From an uncultured Spirochaetota bacterium (GTDB lineage: Bacteria; Spirochaetota; UBA4802; UBA5550): a DNA stretch of 64,000 nt. This document shows, in pieces, positions 9,995 to 19,825 of this stretch. Position 1 is the stretch's first letter. Each line of letters starts with the position of its first letter. Under the pieces are notes generated by a model. That model saw only the letters and a list, made by a program, of their open reading frames with translations, made no database searches and had not been told where the DNA came from. Made by a program: the position numbers and the translations under genes. Location: assembly GCA_963827275.1 (NCBI GenBank), contig CAWHAA010000006.1, positions 128,001-192,000 on the forward strand. Reading direction: 5' to 3'.

Positions 9995-11404
9995 CTAAAC
10001 GCGGAACAGGTGCTCAAAGGTCCCGTACAGCACCTGTACAAGCTGTGACCGTCCGTCAAGGGAGCCGGACATCCCGTACAGTGCGCCGCTCCGCGCGCTG
10101 GTGCCTTCCTTCGATTTCGCGTATTTGACCCCCTCTCTCAGGTCGCCCACGAGCTCATCGGCAATGCCCGGAACCATTGTCTGCGGCATGGTGACGCAAA
10201 AATGCACCGCTGGCGGGTTCTGCAGACCGTTGAACCTCCATCCGCGCGATATCATGTAGTCATTGACGTGAAAGATGTCAACGTCCCCGGACCTGAAGCT
10301 GATAAGGAATGTCGGGTCTCCGATGACCTGCAGCTCCGGTATCCCTTTCACCCCCTCCTTGATCCGTTCGGCGACCTTCATTATCGCGGACGCGGCCTGC
10401 AGGTAGCCCTCCTCGCCGAGGTACACCATTGTCGCCCAGGTGGACGCGGTCAGCCCCCCGGAGCGGCTTCCGGTCATTGAGGGCGACGCGTATATGCCAC
10501 CGGGCCAGTGGGCCATCTGGAAAAACTGGTACCGCCGGAGCTTCAGGTTGCGGTACAGGACCACGGAATTTCCCTTGAGGCCGAAGCCGAACTTGTGAGT
10601 GTCGGCAGACATGGACGTGAGGCCCGGCAGGCGGAAATCGAATACCGGCACCCGGTAACCGAGACGCTCGATCCATGGAAGGATGAATCCGCCGAGGCAC
10701 CCGTCGATATGGAACCCGATGTCGTGCTCCAGCGCGATGCCGGAGAGCTCCTCCATCGGGTCAATAAGCCCGTAGGGGTAGTTGCCGGCGCTCCCGACGA
10801 TCGCCACTGTATTGGCGTTGATGAGTTTCTTCACTTCGGCGGGGATCACGCGGAAATCAGCATCATTCACGGGCGCCAGGACCATCTTGATCCCGAAATA
10901 CTCACCCGCCTTGTGAAACGCGGGATGCGCCGTTATCGGGAGGATTACTTCCGGGGCGGCGATATTTTTTTCAATGCGGCCCCTGTCGCGGTACACCTTC
11001 ATGGGCAGCATGATGCTTTCGCTGCCGCCGAAGGTGACGGTGCCGCAGATTTCGTCTGCCGGATTGACGGCGCGCACCGCGTCCCCGTTAAGCATCCGGG
11101 CGGTCATGGACACTATCTCGCTTTCGAACTTGGACATGCTGGGGCAGAGGTCCACCTGGAGAACGTTGACGTGGGAAAAGAATGAAAAGGCCCTGTTCAG
11201 AAACTCTCGGTGCTCATCGCCGGCATGGTAGAATGTTCCCGAGACCCTGCCGTCTTTCCATTTCGCATTTTCTTCAGCGGACATGGTTGACAGCTCTTGT
11301 AAAATGTCATCCCGTTCCCGCCCTTTTTCCGGAATACGTTCGTAACTCCTGAACCGTCCACGGTAGGGCTTGAACGGGTCAGCAAAGGGTTTCTGTTCTT
11401 GCAT
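9995..11404 (-). CDS. PLP-dependent lyase/decarboxylase, sphingosine-1-phosphate lyase-like
   Basis: GRVSGTFYH, GGSESI, TAHPAFHKA, HIDGCLGGF, SMSADTHKFGFGLKG (PLP Lys), GGIYASPSMTGSRSG. Confidence 0.85.
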   Translation of the reverse strand: MQEQKPFADPFKPYRGRFRSYERIPEKGRERDDILQELSTMSAEENAKWKDGRVSGTFYHAGDEHREFLNRAFSFFSHVNVLQVDLCPSMSKFESEIVSMTARMLNGDAVRAVNPADEICGTVTFGGSESIMLPMKVYRDRGRIEKNIAAPEVILPITAHPAFHKAGEYFGIKMVLAPVNDADFRVIPAEVKKLINANTVAIVGSAGNYPYGLIDPMEELSGIALEHDIGFHIDGCLGGFILPWIERLGYRVPVFDFRLPGLTSMSADTHKFGFGLKGNSVVLYRNLKLRRYQFFQMAHWPGGIYASPSMTGSRSGGLTASTWATMVYLGEEGYLQAASAIMKVAERIKEGVKGIPELQVIGDPTFLISFRSGDVDIFHVNDYMISRGWRFNGLQNPPAVHFCVTMPQTMVPGIADELVGDLREGVKYAKSKEGTSARSGALYGMSGSLDGRSQLVQVLYGTFEHLFRV

Positions 11405-11437
11405 GGCGCTCTCCTTTCGGTAATGGCTCCGTTGACG

Positions 11438-13048
11438 CTATCGCGCGTTCAACGCGTTGAATATCGGTTTGTTTCGCCTGAATAATTCCCTGTACTGCCG
11501 GTACATCCTGTCATAGACGGCCCGGCTGGCGGGGTCGGGACGGAAGACCTTTTTGATCGTGATAAGCGAGGAGATCTCCCTGACGGAACGGTGCCCGAGC
11601 CGGTTAAAGGCGAGCATGGCGGCGCCGCGGAGGGTGGTGCGGGCAGGGTCCTCGACCTGGTGGATCGGGACGCCGAGGACGTCCGCATGGATCTGCGCCC
11701 ATATATCGGAGAGGGCGCCCCCGCCGGCGAACCGGAACCGGTGAAAGGCGCGGCCGGTAAATTTTTCAGCGACCTCGCGCGTCCACCGGTTGTTGTACGC
11801 GAGGCTCTCAAGCACGGCACGCGTCATGTGCGCGCGGGTCGATCCCAGGGAAAGGTTGAAGAAACCTCCCCGCACGTCCCCGTTCTCCTCGGGGGTTATG
11901 GTGCCGTTCAGCCATGGCATGAAAATGACGCCTCCGCTGCCCGGCGGCACGCTCGCGGCGAGGCGGTTTACCCTGTGGTAAACGTCCTCGGGCGGCGCCG
12001 CGGTCCCGAACTCGTCGCGGGCATACACGATCGCATTGAGGAAATATTCGAGCGCCTTGCCGCCGGTCCCCTGCTCCCCGAAGAGGAGGTAGCGATTCAT
12101 CAGCGGGCTCGGCATCGTGGTCATGGCGTGAAAGATGTCGGTTTTTTTATAAGGAACATGGCAGGTCAGGACGAGCGACGTCCCGATATAGATTACTCCA
12201 TCATAATCGTCGACCGCTCCGGAGCCGATGGCCGACGCGTTCGTGTCGTTTGTTCCGGCAATGACGCGCGCGGACGGGGGGAGGCCGAGCTCCTGCGCGA
12301 CAGCGGGAAGGACCGTGCCGATGAATTCTTTGTTGGGCACAAGGTCGGGAAGCTTGTCCCGCGGCAGCCCGGCAAGGGAGAGCAGGGACCTGCTGTATTC
12401 GGTGGTGCCCCAGGTGCGGTTGTCCACGACCGCGAAGGGGAACATGGTCTCCTGTGAAGCGGTGCATTTCCCGGAAAGCCGCAGGTTAATGTAATCCATA
12501 GGCTCGAGAAATTTCCATGTTTTATTGAAAATGTCCGGCCGTTCGTTTTTTAAAAAATGTATGTGCCCGATTGAATCGATCCCTGACTTGCTCGGCGCGA
12601 TACCCGTCAGCCGTATCCACCTGGCCAGCTTTGTGCAGCCATACCCCTCGATGTTTATGATGCCGCGGATGATGCGCCTGTTGTAGGGGGCCCCGCGGGA
12701 ATCGAGCCAGTGGATGGCGTTCATCAGCGGCTCGCCGGCGGTATCGACCGGGACGACGACAAAGAACTGGGAGTCGCAGCTGACGGCATCGATCATGGAG
12801 CGGGGGACGCCTGAAGAGGCGATCGCCTTTTTCGCCGCGCTTTTAACGCCGGACCACCAGGCGGACGGGTCCTGTTCGGCCCCGCCGGAAGGCAGCAGCT
12901 CTACCGGGACTTTTACTGATGCGCTTGACATCACGCGGCCGGAGTCGGAAATGATCCCTGCCTTGGGGCCGCCGCTCCCGAGGTCGATTGCAAGCACGTA
13001 CCTGGTCCCGTTCTTTTCGGGGGATGACTTTTTCTTCCCGTCAGGCAT
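11438..13048 (-). CDS. FGGY-family carbohydrate kinase (xylulokinase-like)
   Basis: LAIDLGSGGPKA, AEQDP, WLDSR, GTND, IGTS, PWLNG, RAVLES, GGGALS; start reassigned to ATG 13048. Confidence 0.9.
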   Translation of the reverse strand: MPDGKKKSSPEKNGTRYVLAIDLGSGGPKAGIISDSGRVMSSASVKVPVELLPSGGAEQDPSAWWSGVKSAAKKAIASSGVPRSMIDAVSCDSQFFVVVPVDTAGEPLMNAIHWLDSRGAPYNRRIIRGIINIEGYGCTKLARWIRLTGIAPSKSGIDSIGHIHFLKNERPDIFNKTWKFLEPMDYINLRLSGKCTASQETMFPFAVVDNRTWGTTEYSRSLLSLAGLPRDKLPDLVPNKEFIGTVLPAVAQELGLPPSARVIAGTNDTNASAIGSGAVDDYDGVIYIGTSLVLTCHVPYKKTDIFHAMTTMPSPLMNRYLLFGEQGTGGKALEYFLNAIVYARDEFGTAAPPEDVYHRVNRLAASVPPGSGGVIFMPWLNGTITPEENGDVRGGFFNLSLGSTRAHMTRAVLESLAYNNRWTREVAEKFTGRAFHRFRFAGGGALSDIWAQIHADVLGVPIHQVEDPARTTLRGAAMLAFNRLGHRSVREISSLITIKKVFRPDPASRAVYDRMYRQYRELFRRNKPIFNALNAR

Positions 13049-13430
13049 CCTGAGTGCCTTCCCGCATCGTTTTTGAATATTCTTCGAGCTTCGCGATGAC
13101 AAAGTCCCTCACTGACGGGTCGATGTTTTCAGACCGCTCCCTGAATTTTCCGATTATCTCTTCAAAAGGGAATATGCCGTCATCGACAAGGAGGGGCGAT
13201 GCCGGGTGCTTGTAGTGTGACCGTGTATCGTCGATCGCATGGTGGCTGAACCCTGAGGCCCTGTGCCACATGAAGGCATGCTCGTCCGCCTTTTTGTCGT
13301 AACAGAGCTGGATGCCGGTTATCGACCTGTCGGCCGTATCGTACCATATGATGAGATCGAAGTAATCATCGTCGAACCATCTGCGAAAAATATCCGGCTC
13401 CTTCTGGCTGGCGAACGACTCTTTAAGCAT
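13041..13430 (-). CDS. Hypothetical protein
   Basis: Overlaps both neighbours in operon fashion; protein-like composition (RRWFDDDYFDLIIWY...QLCYDK). Confidence 0.75.
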   Translation of the reverse strand: MLKESFASQKEPDIFRRWFDDDYFDLIIWYDTADRSITGIQLCYDKKADEHAFMWHRASGFSHHAIDDTRSHYKHPASPLLVDDGIFPFEEIIGKFRERSENIDPSVRDFVIAKLEEYSKTMREGTQDA

Positions 13431-13932
13431 GACGGTCCTCCCCGAGGCATTCTTCTATCATGCGGCACGCCTCGTTGTGGTCGCGCGCGATATATACGGG
13501 CCCGCCATCGTTGTTTTTGCGGGACCAGTCGGCGAAATCACCGCTCCATCCCCCGGCGAAGGCGCAGCAGACCAGGGGCTTTCCGTAGGTGCGGCAATAG
13601 GCGATCTCTGAAAGGGTGCCGAAACTCCCGCCGATGGCGACGACGACGTCAGCGGCGAGGACGTTGACGGCATTGCGCGCATAGCCGAGGCCGGTAGGGA
13701 TCACGATGCCGCAATAGGGATTGGCGCCGCCGTGCTCATCGCCCGGCAATATCCCGACCACCGTCCCGCCGCGTTCGGCGGCGCCGCGGGACGCGGCCTC
13801 CATGATGCCGCCGCGGCCTCCGCTGATCAGGGCGTATCCCCTGCCGGCGATGAACGCGCCGATGGCCCGTGCCTCTTCATAGAACCGGGTCTCGTCGGAC
13901 GACCCGATGACGACAACCTGTTTTTTCCTCAT
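13423..13932 (-). CDS. TIGR00725/LOG-family Rossmann-fold nucleotide-binding protein
   Basis: GGRGGIMEAASRGA, VGILPG, TGLGYARN, GGSFGTLSEIA. Confidence 0.88.
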   Translation of the reverse strand: MRKKQVVVIGSSDETRFYEEARAIGAFIAGRGYALISGGRGGIMEAASRGAAERGGTVVGILPGDEHGGANPYCGIVIPTGLGYARNAVNVLAADVVVAIGGSFGTLSEIAYCRTYGKPLVCCAFAGGWSGDFADWSRKNNDGGPVYIARDHNEACRMIEECLGEDRHA

Positions 13933-13960
13933 GAGTACGACCCCTTGTGACCGGGACGGG

Positions 13961-14875
13961 TCAGAGCTTTTCGAGAAAGAGATAGAGATCCTGCGGCGTG
14001 GCGATAGCCGTAGCGATCACCTTGTACGGGATATTGTTGCCGTGGTACAGGAAGTCCAGTTTGTTGCGCTTGATATCGAGGCTCTGCTTCGTCTGCTCAT
14101 CGTAAAGGACAACATAGTTCGAGAGGGAGAGGGCGAAGATGGTCACTCTCGGGGGATAGGTTTCTTTCAGCCTGTTGACGATGAAATTGGAAAAATCGAC
14201 GATATTGAACACCCCCTCCCTGGAGAAGGCGCCGGTGGATTTGAACAGGATGAATTGATCGGCGTAAACCGCCCCGCTTTTGCCGGCGTTGAATATCCGT
14301 GAGATTTCGGCTGATATGTCGCTCATGTAGTTGAGCATCACGGGCGAAAAGAGCTCGCGGTTCCTGAGGTACACGGTCTTCAAAAGCTCGGAAAGAAATT
14401 CAAAATCGGCAACATTGAAGAGCGGGGACGAGGTGACCGCAGCGGTGAAGATGGTATCCCTGTCAGCGGAGATCTTTTTAAAGACGAGTGAGAAGGACTG
14501 GCCTTTCTGGCTCCCGAGGCGGACCCTGACGGGCTTTTCGCCCTCCGCGGCAGCGCATTCACGCGCAATCAGCTCCGGGAGCGCGTTCAGGAGCACCATG
14601 TCGCCTACCGCCGCGATGGGCACGGGGGAGCCGTTACGCTCGGTGAATATCGCGGTCAGGCCGGTGTAGTTTGCGACATTATGATGATGCAGGGCGCCCT
14701 TTAAAAAACCGCTCCCCTGTTCGGAGATGTATCGTGCCTCGAATTTCTTATAGTGGGAAAGGAGTACCCGGTAGGCGTTTCTCGCCTTCTCGGGGGACAG
14801 GGCCCCGCCGGAATACCCCTTGATGGTCTCCTTTATCTGGTCGATGAGGATGTCGATGTTGGCGGTTTCAGTCAT
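13961..14875 (-). CDS. Hypothetical protein
   Basis: 304-aa ORF filling the gap between folC and the LOG gene on the operon strand. Confidence 0.75.
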   Translation of the reverse strand: MTETANIDILIDQIKETIKGYSGGALSPEKARNAYRVLLSHYKKFEARYISEQGSGFLKGALHHHNVANYTGLTAIFTERNGSPVPIAAVGDMVLLNALPELIARECAAAEGEKPVRVRLGSQKGQSFSLVFKKISADRDTIFTAAVTSSPLFNVADFEFLSELLKTVYLRNRELFSPVMLNYMSDISAEISRIFNAGKSGAVYADQFILFKSTGAFSREGVFNIVDFSNFIVNRLKETYPPRVTIFALSLSNYVVLYDEQTKQSLDIKRNKLDFLYHGNNIPYKVIATAIATPQDLYLFLEKL

Positions 14876-14929
14876 CTGTAACGTGATAGCCCGAATTTAT
14901 GTTTATAGTATGCGAGGGCATGGTGAATT

Positions 14930-16231
14930 TCAAGTACATTTTAACGGATGCCGGCCTGCATAGTTCAGGGCGGCGCCGTAGAGCCTGAATGAGCCGGTGA
15001 AAAAAATGAGCGATTCAGCGCCAATGCGCGCGTCAAGTGCCGCAGCAAGCCTCGCTTCATCTGCGTGGATAATTTCGTGGAGTACACGGGAATGTGACCC
15101 CGGTGCGGGACGGTAACACCGTGGATCATCGAGCGAAAAGTAGATCGCGGCCATCCCGAACTCCTCCAGGACGGCGATAATCCCCTCGATGTCCTTGTCT
15201 TTCATGAGGGTCAGTACCGTTGTGATGCTGCGGCCGGGATGCAGCGCGGCGACCAGGGCCGCCATCTCCCTCATGGCGGCGACGTTATGGGCCGGGTCGA
15301 ATATGATCAGCGGATCGCGGCAAAGCTTCTGGAATCGGCCCGGGGCGGAAAATCGCTTCAGCGCGGCTCGGATCGGCGCATCAGTGAGGAGCGGAAACCG
15401 GCCGCGGACGAGCAGGCAGGCGGTGATCGCGCACGAGCTGTTGGCCGCCTGCTTCCCGAGCGGATGGTTCACCTCGACACCCTTCATGTCGTGGCGCTGG
15501 CCGGACAAAAAGGAATAATCGAACCTGATGCTTTGGTCAAACCGGGTAATATTCCCGGCTGAAAAGTCGCGTGAGAGACGCAGGAGGGGCGCGTTTTTCG
15601 ATATAGCTTCTTCATCGAGCACGGTGATAACGTCCGGGTCGAGGTTTGATGTCACGGCGGGGACGCCGGTTTTTATGATGCCCGCCTTTTCGCGGGCAAT
15701 CGCCGGAAGCGTGCCGCCCAGTATGTGCGCATGGTCCATCGATATATCGGTGATCACGGAACAGAGCGGGACCACGACGTTGGTCGAGTCGAGCCGTCCC
15801 CCGAGCCCGGTTTCTATGATGGCGATGTCGACTCCGCGCTGATGAAAATAACGGAACGCGCAGGCCGTCAGGAGGTCGAAATAGGTCGGAGAGTTGGAAG
15901 GATCGGAACCGGCGAAATCGACGATAGCGTCGATGAGCGCGGAAAGATCGCTGTCGGAAATGGGAACGCCACGGACCATGATCCGTTCGTTGACGGTGCG
16001 CAGGTGGGGCGACGTGTACAGTCCCGCGGTATAGCCGGCTTCCGTGAATATGCCGTTCAGCATGTGCGCGACGGAGCCTTTTCCGTTTGTCCCCGCGACA
16101 TGGATGCAGGGCACGGCCAGGTGGGGGTCGCCAAAATGCGCGAGGATGCGGCCGATAGGGGCGGGGCTGTACTGCCTGAAGTCCTGCACGCGTTCATTAT
16201 TGATGAACCTGTCGAGCCTGTCGGTGATCAT
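14930..16231 (-). CDS. folC: Bifunctional folylpolyglutamate synthase/dihydrofolate synthase
   Basis: HVAGTNGKGS, YTSPHL, ETGLGGRLDSTNV, IAREKAGIIK, DPAHN; start reassigned to ATG 16231 (ATGA overlap with aroE). Confidence 0.93.
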   Translation of the reverse strand: MITDRLDRFINNERVQDFRQYSPAPIGRILAHFGDPHLAVPCIHVAGTNGKGSVAHMLNGIFTEAGYTAGLYTSPHLRTVNERIMVRGVPISDSDLSALIDAIVDFAGSDPSNSPTYFDLLTACAFRYFHQRGVDIAIIETGLGGRLDSTNVVVPLCSVITDISMDHAHILGGTLPAIAREKAGIIKTGVPAVTSNLDPDVITVLDEEAISKNAPLLRLSRDFSAGNITRFDQSIRFDYSFLSGQRHDMKGVEVNHPLGKQAANSSCAITACLLVRGRFPLLTDAPIRAALKRFSAPGRFQKLCRDPLIIFDPAHNVAAMREMAALVAALHPGRSITTVLTLMKDKDIEGIIAVLEEFGMAAIYFSLDDPRCYRPAPGSHSRVLHEIIHADEARLAAALDARIGAESLIFFTGSFRLYGAALNYAGRHPLKCT

Positions 16232-17091
16232 TCTGTCCGCTGGAGATGATGGTGTAGGGCGCCGCGCATTGTCTCCACCGGCGCCTGCTGCCCGGTCCAG
16301 AGCTCGAACTGCCGGGCACCCTGGTAGAGGAGCATGTCTATGCCGTGCACCGCTGTCGCGCCGCACCGGCGCGCCGCCTGGAGGAGGCGCGTCTCGTGGG
16401 GGGCGTACACGATATCGAATACCGCGTGCCGCGGCGACAGCAGGCCGGTGTCCAGCGGCGTTGCGTCGACAGCCGGGTGCATGCCGACCGGGGTCGAGTT
16501 GATGATGATATCGACCGCCTCCATGAACTGCCGGTCGAGCTCAGCCAGGAGAACGGACCGGGAAGAATGGCCTGAAGAGCGGAGGTCTTCGGCAAGCCGG
16601 CCGATGCGGGAGCTGTCCCTGCCGGCGATAGTGACGGCCGCACCTTCCGCGGCGAGGGTAAAGGCGATCGCGCGGGCCGAACCGCCGTTGCCGATGAGGA
16701 GGCACCGGCGGCCCCTGACCGGGATGCCGGACTGCCCGAGCGCGCGCAGGGCGCCGTACCCGTCAGTGTTGAAGCCGGTGATGACACCGTCGCGGTTCAC
16801 GAGCGTGTTGACAGACCCGATTTCGGCGGCGAGAGGGTCGACGCGGTCGCAATGCCGGAGGGTGTCTATCTTGAAGGGGATGGTCACGCTGGCCCCGCGA
16901 ATCGCGAGGGCCTTCATGCATGAGATGGCTTCCCCCATTGATGGCGGCTCGAAGGCGAGGTACACCGCGTTGATGCCGGTCTCAGAGAAGGCGGCGTTGT
17001 GCATCGCCGGTGAGATGGAATGACGAACGGGACTTCCGAAGACGCAGTAGAGTTCCGTCGTCGCGTTGATCCGGGCAGTATTCATGGACAT
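16228..17091 (-). CDS. aroE: Shikimate dehydrogenase
   Basis: HSISPAMHN, SVTIPFK, GSVNT, GFNTDGYG, GNGGSARA, INSTPVGM, GIDMLLYQG. Confidence 0.95.
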   Translation of the reverse strand: MSMNTARINATTELYCVFGSPVRHSISPAMHNAAFSETGINAVYLAFEPPSMGEAISCMKALAIRGASVTIPFKIDTLRHCDRVDPLAAEIGSVNTLVNRDGVITGFNTDGYGALRALGQSGIPVRGRRCLLIGNGGSARAIAFTLAAEGAAVTIAGRDSSRIGRLAEDLRSSGHSSRSVLLAELDRQFMEAVDIIINSTPVGMHPAVDATPLDTGLLSPRHAVFDIVYAPHETRLLQAARRCGATAVHGIDMLLYQGARQFELWTGQQAPVETMRGALHHHLQRTE

Positions 17092-17140
17092 GATATAGAC
17101 GTCCCGATCTGATTTTTGTCAATAGTTTTATCGGGATGGC

Positions 17141-18862
17141 TCAGATGAGCATGATCGCCGTACAGAGGACCATGAGAAACGCAAGGTTGGCATCGACCAG
17201 GACTTCGTATTTCAACGCGATAAGATAATTGAGCCGGTTTATCAGGATAATCAGCGCCTCGTAATATATGAGTGTCACCGCGAGGGGCAGAAAGCGCCAT
17301 TCGCTGAACACGACGGTCAGCGCGGCATAGACCGCGACGCCGGCAGCGGAGACAATCGCGGTCAGCAGCCTCATTGCGCGGGTGCCCACCATGATCGGGA
17401 GCGTCTCCCTGCCGAGTATCAGGTCGCCCTGGAACGCGATCATGTCCATCAGTGCGGTCCTGAGAAAGACCAGCGCGAACACAAGGACGGAGAGGGCGGC
17501 AAGCGGGGCAGGCGCCAGTCCGGCAGCGGACATCGGCGTGAGCACGGTGATGATGATCCAGCCAAAACAGGCGACTATTTTCGAATTGTAGATTTTCCGC
17601 ATGAACCGCGGGTGGATCCTGGAAACAGTGCTTTTAACCGGCCGGGTTGAATAGATAAAGCCAAGGAGGTATGACCCGGCGACAAGCGCGACCGTCGCTG
17701 CGGTAAAACGCCCGGCGAGAAAGACCGACAGGAGCATTGCGGCGATCGAGGCCAGGAGAAAGGGCATGCCGTACCTGCCGTAGACGGCATATTTATACGG
17801 GTTGCTCAGCTTCAGCAGGTCTCTTTCGAAGTAATTGTTGATTGAGTACATTGAAAAGATATATAGGAACGAGATGACCGGCAGCTCGTAGCTGACCGGC
17901 GTATCCGTATATTCAAAGGTGATCATGGTGAGGAAAAAAGCCGCGGCTGCGGCAAGCAGGTTTGTCCGCACGATCATCTCAACGAAGGACACTGCCGCCT
18001 TGATGAAAATATTGCTCTTTTTGAAATTGATCGTGTACAGCCGCTCCAGGACGTTGTTGATGATCCAGCCGGGGGTTGACGTTCCCGCCGTGACCAGGAC
18101 GCTCCGGGAATCCCTGAAGTCCCTTTCGTCCAGCTCCGCTTCTGTTTCCACGTGGAAGGTTTTGACGGCATTGTCCCTGCCGATCTGGGCCAGCCGTTTT
18201 GTGTTCGCGGAATTCTTTCCGCCGACCACCACGAGCGTGTCCGTGCCGCTGGATATGCCGAGGAATACGTCCTCCTGCCGGTAGCGGGTGGAGTCGCAGA
18301 TCGTATCGAAGACCGTGACGTCGGCGAATTTTTCCTTTATGCGGGAGACGATCATGGTGAAAAGCTTGCGGTCGAAGGTGGTCTGTGAAACGACCAGGTA
18401 GGAGGCGGCAGGCGGGACATCATCCACTTCCCGGATGTCCGATATGACGGAGACGCCGCCCGACGCGTAGCTCATCAGGCCGGTGACCTCGGCATGGTCG
18501 CGGTCACCGGTGATGATGGTGTGCTTGTTCATGGCGGAATATTTTTTTATGATCGACTGCACGCGGGCGACCCGCGGGCAGGTCAGGTTGATGACGGCGC
18601 TGGCGCATTTGTTCAGCGTGCGGTTGTCTTCAACCGGGACGCCGTGGGTGCGTATGACGACGCGCTTGTTCCCGATCTCCTCTATCGAGGAAATGGTGCG
18701 CATCCCCCTGCGATGGAGCACGTCGATGGTCTGCGGGTTGTGTATCAGCGGGCCGTATACCAGGAGCTCTTCATCGGAGGCGTTTATCTCGCGGACGATA
18801 CGGAGGATGGCGTTTCTCACGCCCATGCAGAATCCCGAGTGGCGCGCCAGGGTGATCTTCAT
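17141..18862 (-). CDS. ispH: 4-hydroxy-3-methylbut-2-enyl diphosphate reductase fused to a C-terminal UbiA-like multi-TM domain
   Basis: GFCMGV, GPLIHN, TCPRV, HAEV, SQTT, TICDST, GGKNSANT, TAGTSTP; then about 290 aa with roughly 8 hydrophobic segments and DMIAFQGD...GRETLP. Confidence 0.92.
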   Translation of the reverse strand: MKITLARHSGFCMGVRNAILRIVREINASDEELLVYGPLIHNPQTIDVLHRRGMRTISSIEEIGNKRVVIRTHGVPVEDNRTLNKCASAVINLTCPRVARVQSIIKKYSAMNKHTIITGDRDHAEVTGLMSYASGGVSVISDIREVDDVPPAASYLVVSQTTFDRKLFTMIVSRIKEKFADVTVFDTICDSTRYRQEDVFLGISSGTDTLVVVGGKNSANTKRLAQIGRDNAVKTFHVETEAELDERDFRDSRSVLVTAGTSTPGWIINNVLERLYTINFKKSNIFIKAAVSFVEMIVRTNLLAAAAAFFLTMITFEYTDTPVSYELPVISFLYIFSMYSINNYFERDLLKLSNPYKYAVYGRYGMPFLLASIAAMLLSVFLAGRFTAATVALVAGSYLLGFIYSTRPVKSTVSRIHPRFMRKIYNSKIVACFGWIIITVLTPMSAAGLAPAPLAALSVLVFALVFLRTALMDMIAFQGDLILGRETLPIMVGTRAMRLLTAIVSAAGVAVYAALTVVFSEWRFLPLAVTLIYYEALIILINRLNYLIALKYEVLVDANLAFLMVLCTAIMLI

Positions 18863-18876
18863 AGGCAGGGGCCCGC

Positions 18877-19809
18877 CTACTGCACCGGGATGATTTTGTC
18901 TATCGGGTGCTCCGTGGCCCCCGGCTGCTGGCCGCCTCCCTGTGACATTTCAAACCGCGGCATCATGAGCGAGCCGCGGAGCTGGAACGCCACCTGGTTG
19001 CGGTCATTGATGGATTTTTCGAGAAAATTGCGGTAATTTTCGAGCAGCGGCGAATCAGCATTAAGGAGCAGACTGAGATCGAGGCCCGAATTCATCATGT
19101 TTTTCTGAAGCGAGACGGATCCGGTCACGGACCCGTTCAGGTCCTTGCCGAAGATGCGGCAGTTCCGTATCATTATCTTGCCGCCGGTGATGTCGGCCTC
19201 GATCTTTATCGAGCTGATCCTTGTCGGTGGGATCGAAAGCGGGAGCCCTCCCATCGAGTCGGGAAGCTCAATCTGGGAAAACTTCATCATCGCATTGTCG
19301 ATGATAATGGTGATGCTGCCGCTTTGCGGCAGGCCGTCAAAGGTCTTGTAATCGAGAAAAACATTGCCGTTCAGGTTCATGCTTATCTGGGAGGTGCCGG
19401 AATCGTATTTAAAGCCGGCAAGCTGTACCGTGCCTTTTACGTCCTTGGCGATCAGCAGCCTGAGCAAGGAGATGTCGATGTCGGCCGTGCGGACGTTGAT
19501 TTCGCTCCCGCTCCGTAAAACGGCGTACAGGCCTTTCGTCTCGATGATGTCGATCAGGCTGAAGTTCAACTCATTTATGGATATGGTCTTGAGGGCCCCT
19601 TTCTCGAGCTGCTTGAGCCTGGCGCGGATAAGCATGTCATAGGGGAAGGTCAGCACCAGGAAGACCATGACCATGAAAAGCGCGAAGGCGATGTAGGTCT
19701 TCGCGTACGGGAGCGTTAATGCCTCTTTCGCCCTGCTCCAGAGCGTCGAAAAATTGAAATAGGATTTGAGTACGGGCAGAACTGAATTTTTTATGCTGGC
19801 AACGTCCAT
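18877..19809 (-). CDS. gspN: Type II secretion system protein GspN
   Basis: Last gene of the gsp cluster; N-terminal TM with FLVLTFPYD, beta-rich body, LRGSLMMPRF end. Confidence 0.75.
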   Translation of the reverse strand: MDVASIKNSVLPVLKSYFNFSTLWSRAKEALTLPYAKTYIAFALFMVMVFLVLTFPYDMLIRARLKQLEKGALKTISINELNFSLIDIIETKGLYAVLRSGSEINVRTADIDISLLRLLIAKDVKGTVQLAGFKYDSGTSQISMNLNGNVFLDYKTFDGLPQSGSITIIIDNAMMKFSQIELPDSMGGLPLSIPPTRISSIKIEADITGGKIMIRNCRIFGKDLNGSVTGSVSLQKNMMNSGLDLSLLLNADSPLLENYRNFLEKSINDRNQVAFQLRGSLMMPRFEMSQGGGQQPGATEHPIDKIIPVQ

Positions 19810-19825
19810 CTGTTCCTCGCGCCGG

